Shown here piece by piece: positions 8,067 to 19,002 of a stretch of 64,000 nt of DNA. The DNA is from Candidatus Nomurabacteria bacterium. Lineage in GTDB: Bacteria > Patescibacteriota > Minisyncoccia > Phycocordibacterales > UBA918. Made by a program: the position numbers and the translations under genes. Location of the stretch: contig JACKGC010000001.1 of the NCBI GenBank assembly GCA_020632135.1, positions 116,241 through 180,240 of the forward strand. The letters are read 5' to 3'. Below the pieces are notes generated by a model that was not told where the DNA came from, did not search any database, and saw only the letters and a list, made by a program, of their open reading frames with translations. Each line of letters opens with the position of its first letter. Within the stretch, counting starts at the first letter, position 1.

Positions 8067-8189
8067 TGCGCACTTTGCGTACGGACTCGAAAGCCGGAAC
8101 GATGTGAGGAATGTGTGACGAACGAGTGAGGCGGGGTCGCGAAAAATTTTCAGAGAAAATTTATTTGTGACCGAGTCCCGTCTGGCGCA
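8067..8189 (+). repeat. tRNA-end hairpin module, copy Asp (cargo-less mini-element)
   Basis: The anti-arm TGCGC..ACGGACTCGAA (8067-8090) is complementary to CGAGTCCCGT..GCGCA. The core is AGCCGGAACGATGTGAGGAATGTGTGACGAACGAGTGAGGCGGGGTCGCGAAAAATTTTCAGAGAAAATTT. It ends TGTGAC|CGAGTCCCGTCTGGCGC (8172-8188), identical to 7982-7998. Confidence 0.75.
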
Positions 8190-8203
8190 TCTAGTACATA
8201 AAC

Positions 8204-8230
8204 GGTCGGACCCTACGGGTCCGACCTTTT
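8204..8230. terminator. Bidirectional hairpin terminator
   Basis: ggtcggaccc-tac-gggtccgacc is flanked by an A-run and a T-run. Confidence 0.6.
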
Positions 8231-8246
8231 ATAAGGTGTCGACAGG

Positions 8247-8468
8247 AGGAATCGAACCTTACAGGTTCAGTACAGGTTGTCGCTGATTTTTTCGCCAGCT
8301 CAAAATCAGCTGGCAACCTTTTCGATCCCTCACAGACTGTCCCCCAGACAATCTGTGAGGAATCGAACCTTACAGGTTCAGTACAGGTTGTCGCTGATTT
8401 TTTCGCCAGCTCAAAATCAGCTGGCAACCTTTTCGATCCCTCACAGACTGTCCCCCGGACAATCTTCC
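8247..8468 (-). repeat. Two tandem 111-bp units of a variant tRNA-end hairpin module
   Basis: Units 8247-8357 and 8358-8468 are nearly identical. Each (minus-sense) reads TCTGTGAGGGATCGAAAAGG ... CTGTAAGG|TTCGATTCCTCACAGA. The array ends in an orphan tRNA-like 3' end, TCGATTCCTCCTGTCGACACC (8257->8237). Confidence 0.8.
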
Positions 8469-8506
8469 ATCGACAGCCAAGAACCTGCTAACGCGGTCTT
8501 TCTTTG

Positions 8507-8578
8507 TGCCGACGGGTAGAGTCGAACTACCGTCTAGGGTTTATGAGTCCCTCGTTCTAACCGTTGAACTACGCCGGC
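8507..8578 (-). tRNA. tRNA-Met(CAU), elongator-type (could also be Ile2)
   Basis: GCCGGCGTAGTTCAACGGTTAGAACGAGGGACTCATAAACCCTAGACGGTAGTTCGACTCTACCCGTCGGCA. The 1:72 pair is G:C and 11:24 is U:A. Confidence 0.8.
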
Positions 8579-8616
8579 AAGTAAGTGAATGATCGACAGC
8601 ATACCAGATGTAGAAA

Positions 8617-9297
8617 CTAATTTCCACCCAGTTTACACGCTTCTATCAAACCCTGAATCTTGTACTTTAAATCAGTACTCTTACACACACGTAGAGACAA
8701 AACGCCGTAGTAAGAATCGTGATTCTCATACCGTTTTTTAGGTCTTCCCTTCAACATAATAAACTTGAACCTACCTGATGGTATATTTAGTTCTTTTGAC
8801 CAAAACAAAATAATATCCCGCTCCCGCTTCGCATGCGTTTCAGACACATACACATACGGAGTAAACTGTTCTTCAGACACATGCAAACAACGTTCAAACC
8901 ATAACTTACCAAGCTTTATCAGCTGCGGATCTGAGTTAACCAACGCAGCCATGCCGCTTCTAGATTTCACTCCCTCACCCCAATACAACCCTATTCCTAA
9001 AAGACGTAGATCACGCTCAGACAATTTTCCGATCTCAACAACACCTTTTTCTTGATAATCCCTAATCGCCGCCAGTCGCTTCTCCCTGTTCTTGTTTGCA
9101 CCAATCTGTCTTCCGACATTACCAGCATCGATCTGCTTCTGCTGTAACTTTTCCTTCTGTTTATCAGTCAATGAAATACCCTGACACCAGGCACTGACCG
9201 AACTTTTTGACACACCAAGAACAGCTGCAATATCTTTAATACTCTGACCACGGCGACGTAACTCAATCGCGCGCTTCTTCTGTGCTGGTTTAGACAT
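8617..9297 (-). CDS. HTH + LAGLIDADG-like homing-endonuclease-like protein (free-standing)
   Basis: 226 aa. The HTH is SIKDIAAVLGVSKSSVSAWCQG. The motif LRLLGIGLYWGEGVKS is followed by LVNSDPQLIKLGKLWFERCL. It is a paralog of 6991..7683 and ends 38 nt upstream of tRNA-Met. Confidence 0.6.
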   Translation of the reverse strand: MSKPAQKKRAIELRRRGQSIKDIAAVLGVSKSSVSAWCQGISLTDKQKEKLQQKQIDAGNVGRQIGANKNREKRLAAIRDYQEKGVVEIGKLSERDLRLLGIGLYWGEGVKSRSGMAALVNSDPQLIKLGKLWFERCLHVSEEQFTPYVYVSETHAKRERDIILFWSKELNIPSGRFKFIMLKGRPKKRYENHDSYYGVLSLRVCKSTDLKYKIQGLIEACKLGGN

Positions 9298-9329
9298 GTG
9301 TTAACTAAAACACATGTCAGTAGTTCAGA

Positions 9330-10025
9330 TTACACAACAGTCACACTTGAGCGTACCTTGAGTAGTTTCTCAGCTCGCTCCACATCCTCAGGGTAACCGA
9401 TCGGAATCCACACTTGCTGCTCTACCACAGCAATCGGATACTTCTTGGCGTACTCACGCACCATGTCCGTGTGGTAGAACTCACCATTCATGAGCACCTT
9501 TGGCTCAAATTCAAAGATATTCTCATCAAGCACAAATACCCCGGTTGAAGCCATATTAGACGGAGGTAACGCGGGCTTCTCGATCATCTCAGCGAGTGTG
9601 CCATCTGGGTGCCGCACCACGATCCCGAAGCGTTCTGGAGTGGTAGTAGTGAGTGTCAGCATTGAACGAGTGAAAGAAGTGGCTCGCGCAATGTCCTGCG
9701 CACCGTGGAGATCATCGGCAAACATGAAGAGGAACCGGCCCTTGATGTGTTCCTTACACAACCAAAGCGCGTGCCCGGTCCCTTTCTGTTCTTCTTGCGT
9801 CACATAAGTTACTTTCCGGCCCTTAAATTGTGTCCCGCAGTGCTCTTTGATCTGATCCTCTAAGTACCCGGTCACAATGATCAGTTCTTTAACCGCACTC
9901 GGTAGCGACTCAACGATATGCTCCAGAAGTGGCTTACCCGCTACTTTTACGAGCGGTTTTGGAGTGTCATCGGTGAGGGGGCGCAGGCGTGTTCCTTTAC
10001 CAGCGGCCAAAATTACACATTGCAT
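9330..10025 (-). CDS. Sugar-phosphate nucleotidyltransferase (G1P thymidylyl/uridylyltransferase-like)
   Basis: The start is MQCVILAAGKGTRLRPLTDDTPKPL, the classic NTP-transferase N-terminal motif. Confidence 0.75.
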   Translation of the reverse strand: MQCVILAAGKGTRLRPLTDDTPKPLVKVAGKPLLEHIVESLPSAVKELIIVTGYLEDQIKEHCGTQFKGRKVTYVTQEEQKGTGHALWLCKEHIKGRFLFMFADDLHGAQDIARATSFTRSMLTLTTTTPERFGIVVRHPDGTLAEMIEKPALPPSNMASTGVFVLDENIFEFEPKVLMNGEFYHTDMVREYAKKYPIAVVEQQVWIPIGYPEDVERAEKLLKVRSSVTVV

Positions 10026-10091
10026 ATGTCCATTTATACCATGTGGTACCAGCGTTATCTGGCAGAAATGCACACCCCTACATGTGTTTCC

Positions 10092-11426
10092 TTAGGTTTC
10101 TAAACCACGTGATCCAACTGTGTACCAGTCAAGCTTTCTGGTGAGATACATCACCGTTGCGAGCACACCAAAGAGTAGAACTGCACCAAACAGAAGCGAG
10201 AGGTTTTCAAGCTGAAGCAAAATATAGAGGTACGTATAGAGCGCGATCAGAAGTACGCCAATGGCGCCAGCTCGCCCTTTTGCTTTCAACACACTTGCAC
10301 AATAGCCAGCAACCAGGAGCGTTGTCGCTACCGCTGACACAAGATATGCTGTCAAAAACCCGATCACTTCTGAAAATGAGAGGAGGAGTAGGTAGAACAG
10401 CGCAATGGCCATACCCACGAGCAGATACTGCACCGGGTGAATCCGCAAGCCAGAGAGCACCTCATACATGAAGAAGGTTAGAAACGTGAGTACAATAAAG
10501 AGAATGGCGTATTTCGTGGCGCGATCAACCATAGTGTAGGAATCCACTGCCTGATGAAACGCCACACCAAACCGCTTACTAAGCAACGTGTCGGCCTCGA
10601 TCACTGTCGAGCGATGATACCAATACTGCGGCAGGTTCTTGCCGTAGGAAGCCACTTGCCACTCAGCCCGGGAGCCAGCTTCTGTCACTTCTCGCTCGAC
10701 CGGTAAGAACTCCCCTTGGAAACTCGGTGTCGACCAATCTGAAGCAAAAGTGACAACGGTCGACTCCCCCAGCGGCAGAAACTCAAGTGCAGTACTACCC
10801 TTGAGACTCATGGCAAAGGAAAAGTCGTACAGTGACTGTGCCGGATCAATCACCACTGACGCATGAACCCCGCTCTCCCCGAGCGGTGCAAATTTTGCGG
10901 ATGGCTGAAACTCATACGATTCGGTACCCCACACTAGGTCAAAGGCGGTCGTGACGCCACGGGTATCAGCAAGATAGAGTGACACGACCGCCTTATCCCA
11001 AAGAATCCTGACGTTTTCTTCTTGCGCCACTAGTACAGGCGTAAGATCAAACGCACCGGAGCTAACGATCGCTGCAGTATACACCGGCACGCTATATACA
11101 CCGCGAGTAAGGGATTGTGACGCCACATCACCGCTAAAGGCTACAGTGGCGGGTAATACATGGAGTGTATCAGTGCGCACCACGAGCTCCCCCTCAGTCG
11201 TCACGTCTGTACGTTCAACTGGCACTGAAAGGACTGGCCCCGCCACCACCTGCGCGCGACTCCACTGTGCTGATGTCTCAACGACCGCCTCCATTTGTCG
11301 ATCTTCACGCTCCGCAACCACACCAAGCACAAACAGAGACGCTATCCACGATACAAATATCAGGCCTGCTAACACGAGTAGTTTGATGGAAATACTATTA
11401 CTGCGATTCGGTGGAATGACTAACAT
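10092..11426 (-). CDS. creD: CreD-like cell-envelope integrity inner-membrane protein
   Basis: 444 aa with an N-terminal TM helix, a large periplasmic domain (ERxxR, WSxAQxxxGPVLSVP) and a C-terminal bundle of about five TM helices. Confidence 0.55.
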   Translation of the reverse strand: MLVIPPNRSNSISIKLLVLAGLIFVSWIASLFVLGVVAEREDRQMEAVVETSAQWSRAQVVAGPVLSVPVERTDVTTEGELVVRTDTLHVLPATVAFSGDVASQSLTRGVYSVPVYTAAIVSSGAFDLTPVLVAQEENVRILWDKAVVSLYLADTRGVTTAFDLVWGTESYEFQPSAKFAPLGESGVHASVVIDPAQSLYDFSFAMSLKGSTALEFLPLGESTVVTFASDWSTPSFQGEFLPVEREVTEAGSRAEWQVASYGKNLPQYWYHRSTVIEADTLLSKRFGVAFHQAVDSYTMVDRATKYAILFIVLTFLTFFMYEVLSGLRIHPVQYLLVGMAIALFYLLLLSFSEVIGFLTAYLVSAVATTLLVAGYCASVLKAKGRAGAIGVLLIALYTYLYILLQLENLSLLFGAVLLFGVLATVMYLTRKLDWYTVGSRGLET

Positions 11427-11565
11427 GTTTTATATTTTATGTGAGTAAGGAAGCAGCCGACGGCTTGCTTATCTATAGTGTAGTACTATGGTAAGTGAAC
11501 TTTGGTTGCATGGGTGCACAAAAGGCCGGGCGCGAAGCGCCCGGCCTTTTACTTCCCTCGTTTAC

Positions 11566-11726
11566 TTGTTGCGGGGCCCGGAATCGACATCAAGTTTCTA
11601 ATTCGCTACGCTCATAAGAACTTGTTGGCTCGGCTCGTCTGTTTTTGCTCTAGGAAATGAGCAAAAACATGACTCCGCCCGTTCGATTCCGACGCAAGCC
11701 AAGCAGTTGGCTTGCTGACCCCGCAG
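11566..11726 (-). repeat. tRNA-end hairpin module, copy Met (cargo-less mini-element)
   Basis: The minus-sense anti-arm is CTGCGGGGT[25-nt inserted hairpin]TCGGAATCGAACGG. The core is GCGGAGTCATGTTTTTGCTC..GAGCAAAAACAGACGAGCCGAGCC..GTTCTTATGAGCGTAGCGAATTAGAAA. It ends in TCGATTCCGGGCCCCGCAACAA (11587->11566), identical to 11794->11773. Confidence 0.75.
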
Positions 11727-11730
11727 TTAT

Positions 11731-11773
11731 AATAATAGAAAAGGCCGGCATAAAGCCGGTCTTTTCTATTATT
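11731..11773 (-). terminator. Hairpin terminator after tRNA-Met
   Basis: aataatagaaaaggccggc-ataa-agccggtcttttctattatt. Confidence 0.6.
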
Positions 11774-11775
11774 TG

Positions 11776-11846
11776 TTGCGGGGCCCGGAATCGAACCGGG
11801 GTCTGGAGGTTATGAGCCTCCCGAGGTACCTCTCCTCTACCCCGCT
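11776..11846 (-). tRNA. tRNA-Met(CAU), initiator-like
   Basis: AGCGGGGTAGAGGAGAGGTACCTCGGGAGGCTCATAACCTCCAGACCCCGGTTCGATTCCGGGCCCCGCAA. It has an A1.A72 mismatch, an A11:U24 pair and G30G31:C39C40 in the anticodon stem. Confidence 0.8.
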
Positions 11847-11880
11847 GTATGCTGTTTACTTGTTTTCTTCTTCTACAACT

Positions 11881-11947
11881 GTCTCCAGGGAGGTTACGAG
11901 AGCAAATTTGATCGCTCCGCTCGGTCCCTCTCCTCTACCCCGCTGTA
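11881..11947 (-). repeat. Partial pseudo-copy of the 5' half of tRNA-Met upstream of the gene
   Basis: Minus-sense ACAGCGGGGTAGAGGAGAGG (identical to the tRNA 5' end), then GACCGAGCGGAGCGATCAAATTTGCTCTCG, then TAACCTCC (the 3' side of the anticodon arm). No T-arm is present. Confidence 0.7.
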
Positions 11948-12005
11948 TTAAAACACCGCAGAGCGGTACGACAAAACCATACACCATCTATGGTCTTTTA
12001 GCAAA

Positions 12006-12629
12006 CTAACTGATACCAAACTCATTGAACACTCGCTGGTACCGAGTGATGGTTTCTTGCGCTACACGCTTGGTAAGCACGAAGTCGGCACCATCATGCG
12101 CAATGCGATTGCGTATCTTGTGCGCTTCCCAAGCGTCCTGCAGGGTGGAAAGTTGCTCAGAGGAAAGACTCTTGAGGCGCTCACCAAGCGAAGTGCCCGG
12201 GTAACCACGCTCTTTGAGTACACTATCGAGAATGATATCGGCTTCAATGATGGCAAGTTTCCAGTCGTTCGGATTTTCAGACTCAATGTGCGTGAACACG
12301 TCCTTGAGGCGGTTGCTGCTTGCTGTGCCACGGTATCGTTCATCGTAGAGGCGTTCAGCGTCACGAAGCTTCTGGGTTTGCAAGCCGACATAGAGGTTCT
12401 TGCGAGTTGATGCATATACATAGAGTACGAGTAGGATGATGGAGAAGATGTACGCCAGGATGGTGTAGATCGACCAGAGCACACTTAGGAAGCCCAGAAT
12501 ACCGGCCCAAGAAATAGCGGTGGCAAAGTCGGGTAGACTCTGAAAGAACCCAGAGCCACCTTTAATAGACACACTCGGAATAGTGAGTCCGGAAGTTGCT
12601 ATTGGTCCTGGAATGATCTCTGGTTGCAT
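12006..12629 (-). CDS. Hypothetical membrane-anchored protein with C-terminal helical domain carrying an RNxxxH motif
   Basis: 207 aa with one or two TM helices (WAGILGFLSVLWSIYTILAYIFSIILLVLYVY). The C-terminus is WEAHKIRNRIAHDG. Confidence 0.4.
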   Translation of the reverse strand: MQPEIIPGPIATSGLTIPSVSIKGGSGFFQSLPDFATAISWAGILGFLSVLWSIYTILAYIFSIILLVLYVYASTRKNLYVGLQTQKLRDAERLYDERYRGTASSNRLKDVFTHIESENPNDWKLAIIEADIILDSVLKERGYPGTSLGERLKSLSSEQLSTLQDAWEAHKIRNRIAHDGADFVLTKRVAQETITRYQRVFNEFGIS

Positions 12630-12632
12630 GCG

Positions 12633-14048
12633 CTATGTGCGCTCGTCGTAGATAGCCTTACCAATATGGAAAAGACGAGCATCACCACCATGTGGTCCTA
12701 TGTATTGTACCCCAACTGGCAGCTGCTTTCCTTCTCCTTCCACTGTTCCCATCGGAAACGTAAGTGCTGGCACGCCCGTGAGATTAACTGGCACTGTGAA
12801 AATGTCCTGCTTATACATCGCCAGCGGATCTTCATTTGAACCAAATTTGAAGGCGGGTGTTGGTGCGGTCGGGGTCAAAATGATATCGACTGTTTTGAAT
12901 ACTTCGTCGAGCTCCTGGCGCATTTGTTTGCGTACGAGCTCAGCCTTACCGTAGTAAGCGTCATAGTAGCCAGAAGACAGCACATAGGTACCAAGGAGTA
13001 CGCGACGCTTCACCTCTGCGCCCAAGCCCTCAGCGCGGGTCTTTTCGTATACATCAAGCAGATTGTCGCCTTCCACGGAGAGTCCGTAACGAATACCGTC
13101 ATAGCGAGCCAAATTCGAAGACACCTCAGCGGGCATCACGATGTAATATGCAGCGAGACCTTTTTCGAAGAGCGGCAGCTCAATGTCGACTACCTTGTGT
13201 CCAGCGGCGGTCAGTACCGCAATATGTTGCTCAAACGCTTCGAGTACACTAGCGTCAACTCCTTCTTTAAGGAAGTGTCGGGGTACACCGAAAGTGTACG
13301 CATCCTTAGTTGTGACTGCCGGATACGTGTCGTCAGTGATAGTGGTAGCATCCATCTTATCCAAGCCAGCTATGGTGTGGTGGATCAACTCAGCGTCGGC
13401 GACAGAGTTAGTGAGTGGACCAGCCTGGTCGAGTGATGAACCCATCGCAATGAGTCCATAGCGTGAGACCGCACCGTACGTAGGCTTGAACCCTACCAAA
13501 CCACAATAGCTCGCCGGCTGGCGGATGGAACCACCAGTGTCAGTACCAAGGGCCACCGGAACCGCGCCCATCGCCACCGCTGCGGCCGAACCACCTGAAG
13601 AACCGCCCGGCACACGAGTAGTGTCTACCGGGTTCTTGGTGGGGCCAAAGGCAGAGTTTTCGGTTGAGCCACCCATAGCGAACTCGTCGAGGTTGGTGGC
13701 ACCGACTACGATTGCACCTGCGGCCTTTAGTTTTTCAACGATCGTCGCATCATAGACCGCCGTGTAGTTCTCAAGGATTTTAGACGCAGCGGTCGCTTTC
13801 TTCCCCTTCATGAGAATGTTGTTTTTAAGTGCGATCGGCACTCCTAAGAGCGGTGGCGTGTCAGCCCCTTTTTCAGCGTAGAGTGTGTCGGCGGCTTTGG
13901 CTGCTTCGAGCGCGTCTTCGTAGACCGCAAGGAAGGCGTGGATCTCTTCGTCCTTTTCCTTGATGACGGCCAAAGCCGCCGCAACTGCCTCACTTGGCTT
14001 CATTTCTCCTTTGATGTACGCAGTGCGTAATTCAGCTACTGTCTTCAT
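12633..14048 (-). CDS. gatA: Asp/Glu-tRNA(Asn/Gln) amidotransferase subunit A
   Basis: 471 aa. The amidase signature is GGSSGGSAAAVA. It lies directly downstream of gatC. Confidence 0.95.
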   Translation of the reverse strand: MKTVAELRTAYIKGEMKPSEAVAAALAVIKEKDEEIHAFLAVYEDALEAAKAADTLYAEKGADTPPLLGVPIALKNNILMKGKKATAASKILENYTAVYDATIVEKLKAAGAIVVGATNLDEFAMGGSTENSAFGPTKNPVDTTRVPGGSSGGSAAAVAMGAVPVALGTDTGGSIRQPASYCGLVGFKPTYGAVSRYGLIAMGSSLDQAGPLTNSVADAELIHHTIAGLDKMDATTITDDTYPAVTTKDAYTFGVPRHFLKEGVDASVLEAFEQHIAVLTAAGHKVVDIELPLFEKGLAAYYIVMPAEVSSNLARYDGIRYGLSVEGDNLLDVYEKTRAEGLGAEVKRRVLLGTYVLSSGYYDAYYGKAELVRKQMRQELDEVFKTVDIILTPTAPTPAFKFGSNEDPLAMYKQDIFTVPVNLTGVPALTFPMGTVEGEGKQLPVGVQYIGPHGGDARLFHIGKAIYDERT

Positions 14049-14049
14049 A

Positions 14050-14349
14050 CTATTCGCTATCAGTGTCTAAGATCTTCTTCACCGCCATAAAGCGCCCTTC
14101 GGTCGCTGGCATTTCTGCCAAGATATCCTTCGTGTACTGATCTGGTTCGTTAGTCACTTCATCCTTGCGAAAGACGTTATGCCGCGCGCCAACCTGCGGC
14201 GCAGCATCATCATCGCCGGCAGCAATATCACTCACCACACTCACGTACTCCACGATCAATGATAATTTTTCTTCCAGATTCTCAAGCTCTTCATCCGAGA
14301 GGCGGATGCGGGCCAAGTTTGCCAAATGCGCAATTTCTTCCTGTTTCAT
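14050..14349 (-). CDS. gatC: Asp/Glu-tRNA amidotransferase subunit C
   Basis: MKQEEIAHLANLARIRLSDEELE is a typical GatC N-terminus. The ATG at 14349 is used. Confidence 0.85.
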   Translation of the reverse strand: MKQEEIAHLANLARIRLSDEELENLEEKLSLIVEYVSVVSDIAAGDDDAAPQVGARHNVFRKDEVTNEPDQYTKDILAEMPATEGRFMAVKKILDTDSE

Positions 14350-14384
14350 GGGGCTAGCATAGCATTTGTGCAAAAAATGTGAAA

Positions 14385-17000
<2,616 letters not shown>

Positions 17001-17017
<17 letters not shown>

Positions 17018-17630
17018 TAAATAAGTACGTTTCGACAACTGACTCCTGTACGTCGCGACGTGAGCCAGTACGCCAGGTGACACGAGAAGTCACTTTAATC
17101 TCATCTGGTCTAGCAGGATCGTCCTCTAATTTAATGACCCGGGTGTAGGGAGTCTCCTCATTACCACTCGCGGTGTGAGTATACCGTGAACGTTCCCCAT
17201 CCTCGTCATAGTATAAGCGGCATGAGCTGCTATTGGTACCACAGTCAATCGGAGCTTTTAGTGAACCATCCGGATCAGTATTGAGCCCCAGACCACAACC
17301 ATCAGAGTTGGTGGCGACATAACAGTTTCGGTACGTACCATTTCGATCTGCGAACAAGTTCCACTGATCAGTGTTATTGAGCTCGTTGTCCAACACTGAA
17401 TCGAACTTAGTACTAAACGCTTGCAGGTACAAGTCATCGCGAGCGCGCTGTACCATTTCCACGCCTTCTTGCGCCAGGAAGAAGGCTACCACTTGCTCAC
17501 TTGCAAAACTCGTACTTCGAGCCGTTGAAGTACTCACCACCATCGGCCCAGTGATAACGATCAACAATAACGTGATCGCGACGAGCGTCTCAACTAAGCT
17601 AAAGCCACTTTCTGGTGTTGGGTGATGCAT
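17001..17630 (-). CDS. Type IV pilin-like protein (prepilin N-terminal cleavage/methylation domain)
   Basis: MHHPTPESG|FSLVETLVAITLLL. Confidence 0.7.
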
Positions 17631-17632
17631 AC

Positions 17633-18361
17633 TTATAAGTTTAATGAACGTTGTGTGACCGTAGTCTGGATCTCATACACCTTCGATGAGTCCGCCACCT
17701 CGCGTGCCTGCAGGTAAATGGTCACCATTGGTTGGATCTCATCTAAACTACCCACCACTCGTGTACTACCAGTTACATAGAACTCAGCGTCCGTGATAAA
17801 AATACCTGACGAGACGATCGACTGCGCCTCCTCTCCGCTCAAACGCCGGTAGATCTTTCCTTCATCTTTATCATAAAAGTACACGATCCGGTCATTTGAA
17901 AGACCGCCGGTTATACTACTACCGCCTTCGGTAAAGGTAATGCCATGGATGGGATATCCATCTGGATACGAAAGGTTTCCCACATTACCATTCTCACAAT
18001 CTTGAGTCTTATGTAATCTCGCCATTGGGTTGGTAATGTCTTGGGGGTCAAGTGCGTCTAGTGGCGCATTATCCTCAAAAATGTGCACGGATGCCGTGGT
18101 GAATGCTGCATCTCTATCGTCGCCAGACGCACAAAAATAAGCCGCTCCAGTACGGATCTCGCGGGTCATACTATCAAGCGCAAAAGAGAGGTTGGTCATG
18201 ACACTCTGTTCGCTCTGGAGGCGTTGGTTGGATGAGATCAGCATCAACAGCGCTCCAACGGCGATAGTGATCACAACTGAAAATAACGCCAGCGCAACAA
18301 GCATCTCCACGAGAGTGAAGCCATGATGAGCGCGCGGTGTGTTGAAATGATGGTACGGCAT
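17633..18361 (-). CDS. Type IV minor pilin (PilW-like)
   Basis: AHHG|FTLVEMLVALALFSVV. Confidence 0.7.
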   Translation of the reverse strand: MPYHHFNTPRAHHGFTLVEMLVALALFSVVITIAVGALLMLISSNQRLQSEQSVMTNLSFALDSMTREIRTGAAYFCASGDDRDAAFTTASVHIFEDNAPLDALDPQDITNPMARLHKTQDCENGNVGNLSYPDGYPIHGITFTEGGSSITGGLSNDRIVYFYDKDEGKIYRRLSGEEAQSIVSSGIFITDAEFYVTGSTRVVGSLDEIQPMVTIYLQAREVADSSKVYEIQTTVTQRSLNL

Positions 18362-18363
18362 AA

Positions 18364-19002
18364 CTATTCAGGGCAATCGAGTAAGGCGATCTGTCCCGTG
18401 CGAGTGATCTCGATCGTGCGGTAGTGACTACCACACTCAGTCCCGCTCATACCACGGCGGGCCACGTCGATCTCGATACTAGGCGCGTCAATTTGATCAC
18501 CTGGAGCGCGAAAGAAACGGGCATCAAAGTTTGGCCGCTCAAATACAACTGAAACATCGTCACTACTGAGTGACTCTCCCCCAACGGCACGGATCGCTCC
18601 GATCTCAAATCGTTGATCGAGCTCGCTGATCGGACCAAATTGTTCGTTGGGACTCGAAGTATAAAATTCATCTTCATTCAGGTCGCGGAAAAAAATATAG
18701 TAGCCGTTATTGTTAGTGCTGCTATCAAAATACAGTCCGTATACTTGACGGAAATCGCCCGTGTCACCACTGGCACTCACGGCACTGAGTTGCACTTCAC
18801 GGATCCCGAGCGCAATATCAAAGGCTTGGCTGCGCAGCAACAGCGCACTGTTGAAAGTGGAGTGACGTACGACCACCACCGATGCCACCAAGACCATCAC
18901 GGTAATGGCCACCATAAGCTCAATGAGCCCAAAGCCAGCCTGATTGCCGCGCGCTTCGCGCGCGGCCCGTTCATTAGTTGAAGCTAAAAAGTGCCAAGAC
19001 AT
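18364..19002 (-). CDS. Type IV minor pilin (FimT/GspH-like)
   Basis: NQAG|FGLIELMVAITVMVLV. Confidence 0.7.
   Translation of the reverse strand: MSWHFLASTNERAAREARGNQAGFGLIELMVAITVMVLVASVVVVRHSTFNSALLLRSQAFDIALGIREVQLSAVSASGDTGDFRQVYGLYFDSSTNNNGYYIFFRDLNEDEFYTSSPNEQFGPISELDQRFEIGAIRAVGGESLSSDDVSVVFERPNFDARFFRAPGDQIDAPSIEIDVARRGMSGTECGSHYRTIEITRTGQIALLDCPE

Noticed and set aside
8247-8468. Possible CRISPR array.
   Set aside because: There are only two contiguous 111-bp units with no unique spacers between short repeats. There are no cas genes in the window.
8191-8519. Two ORFs (78 and 80 aa) with internally repeated peptide sequence.
   Set aside because: They lie entirely in the 111-bp tandem repeat and tRNA-like fragments. 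The repetition of the DNA explains them. No RBS is present.
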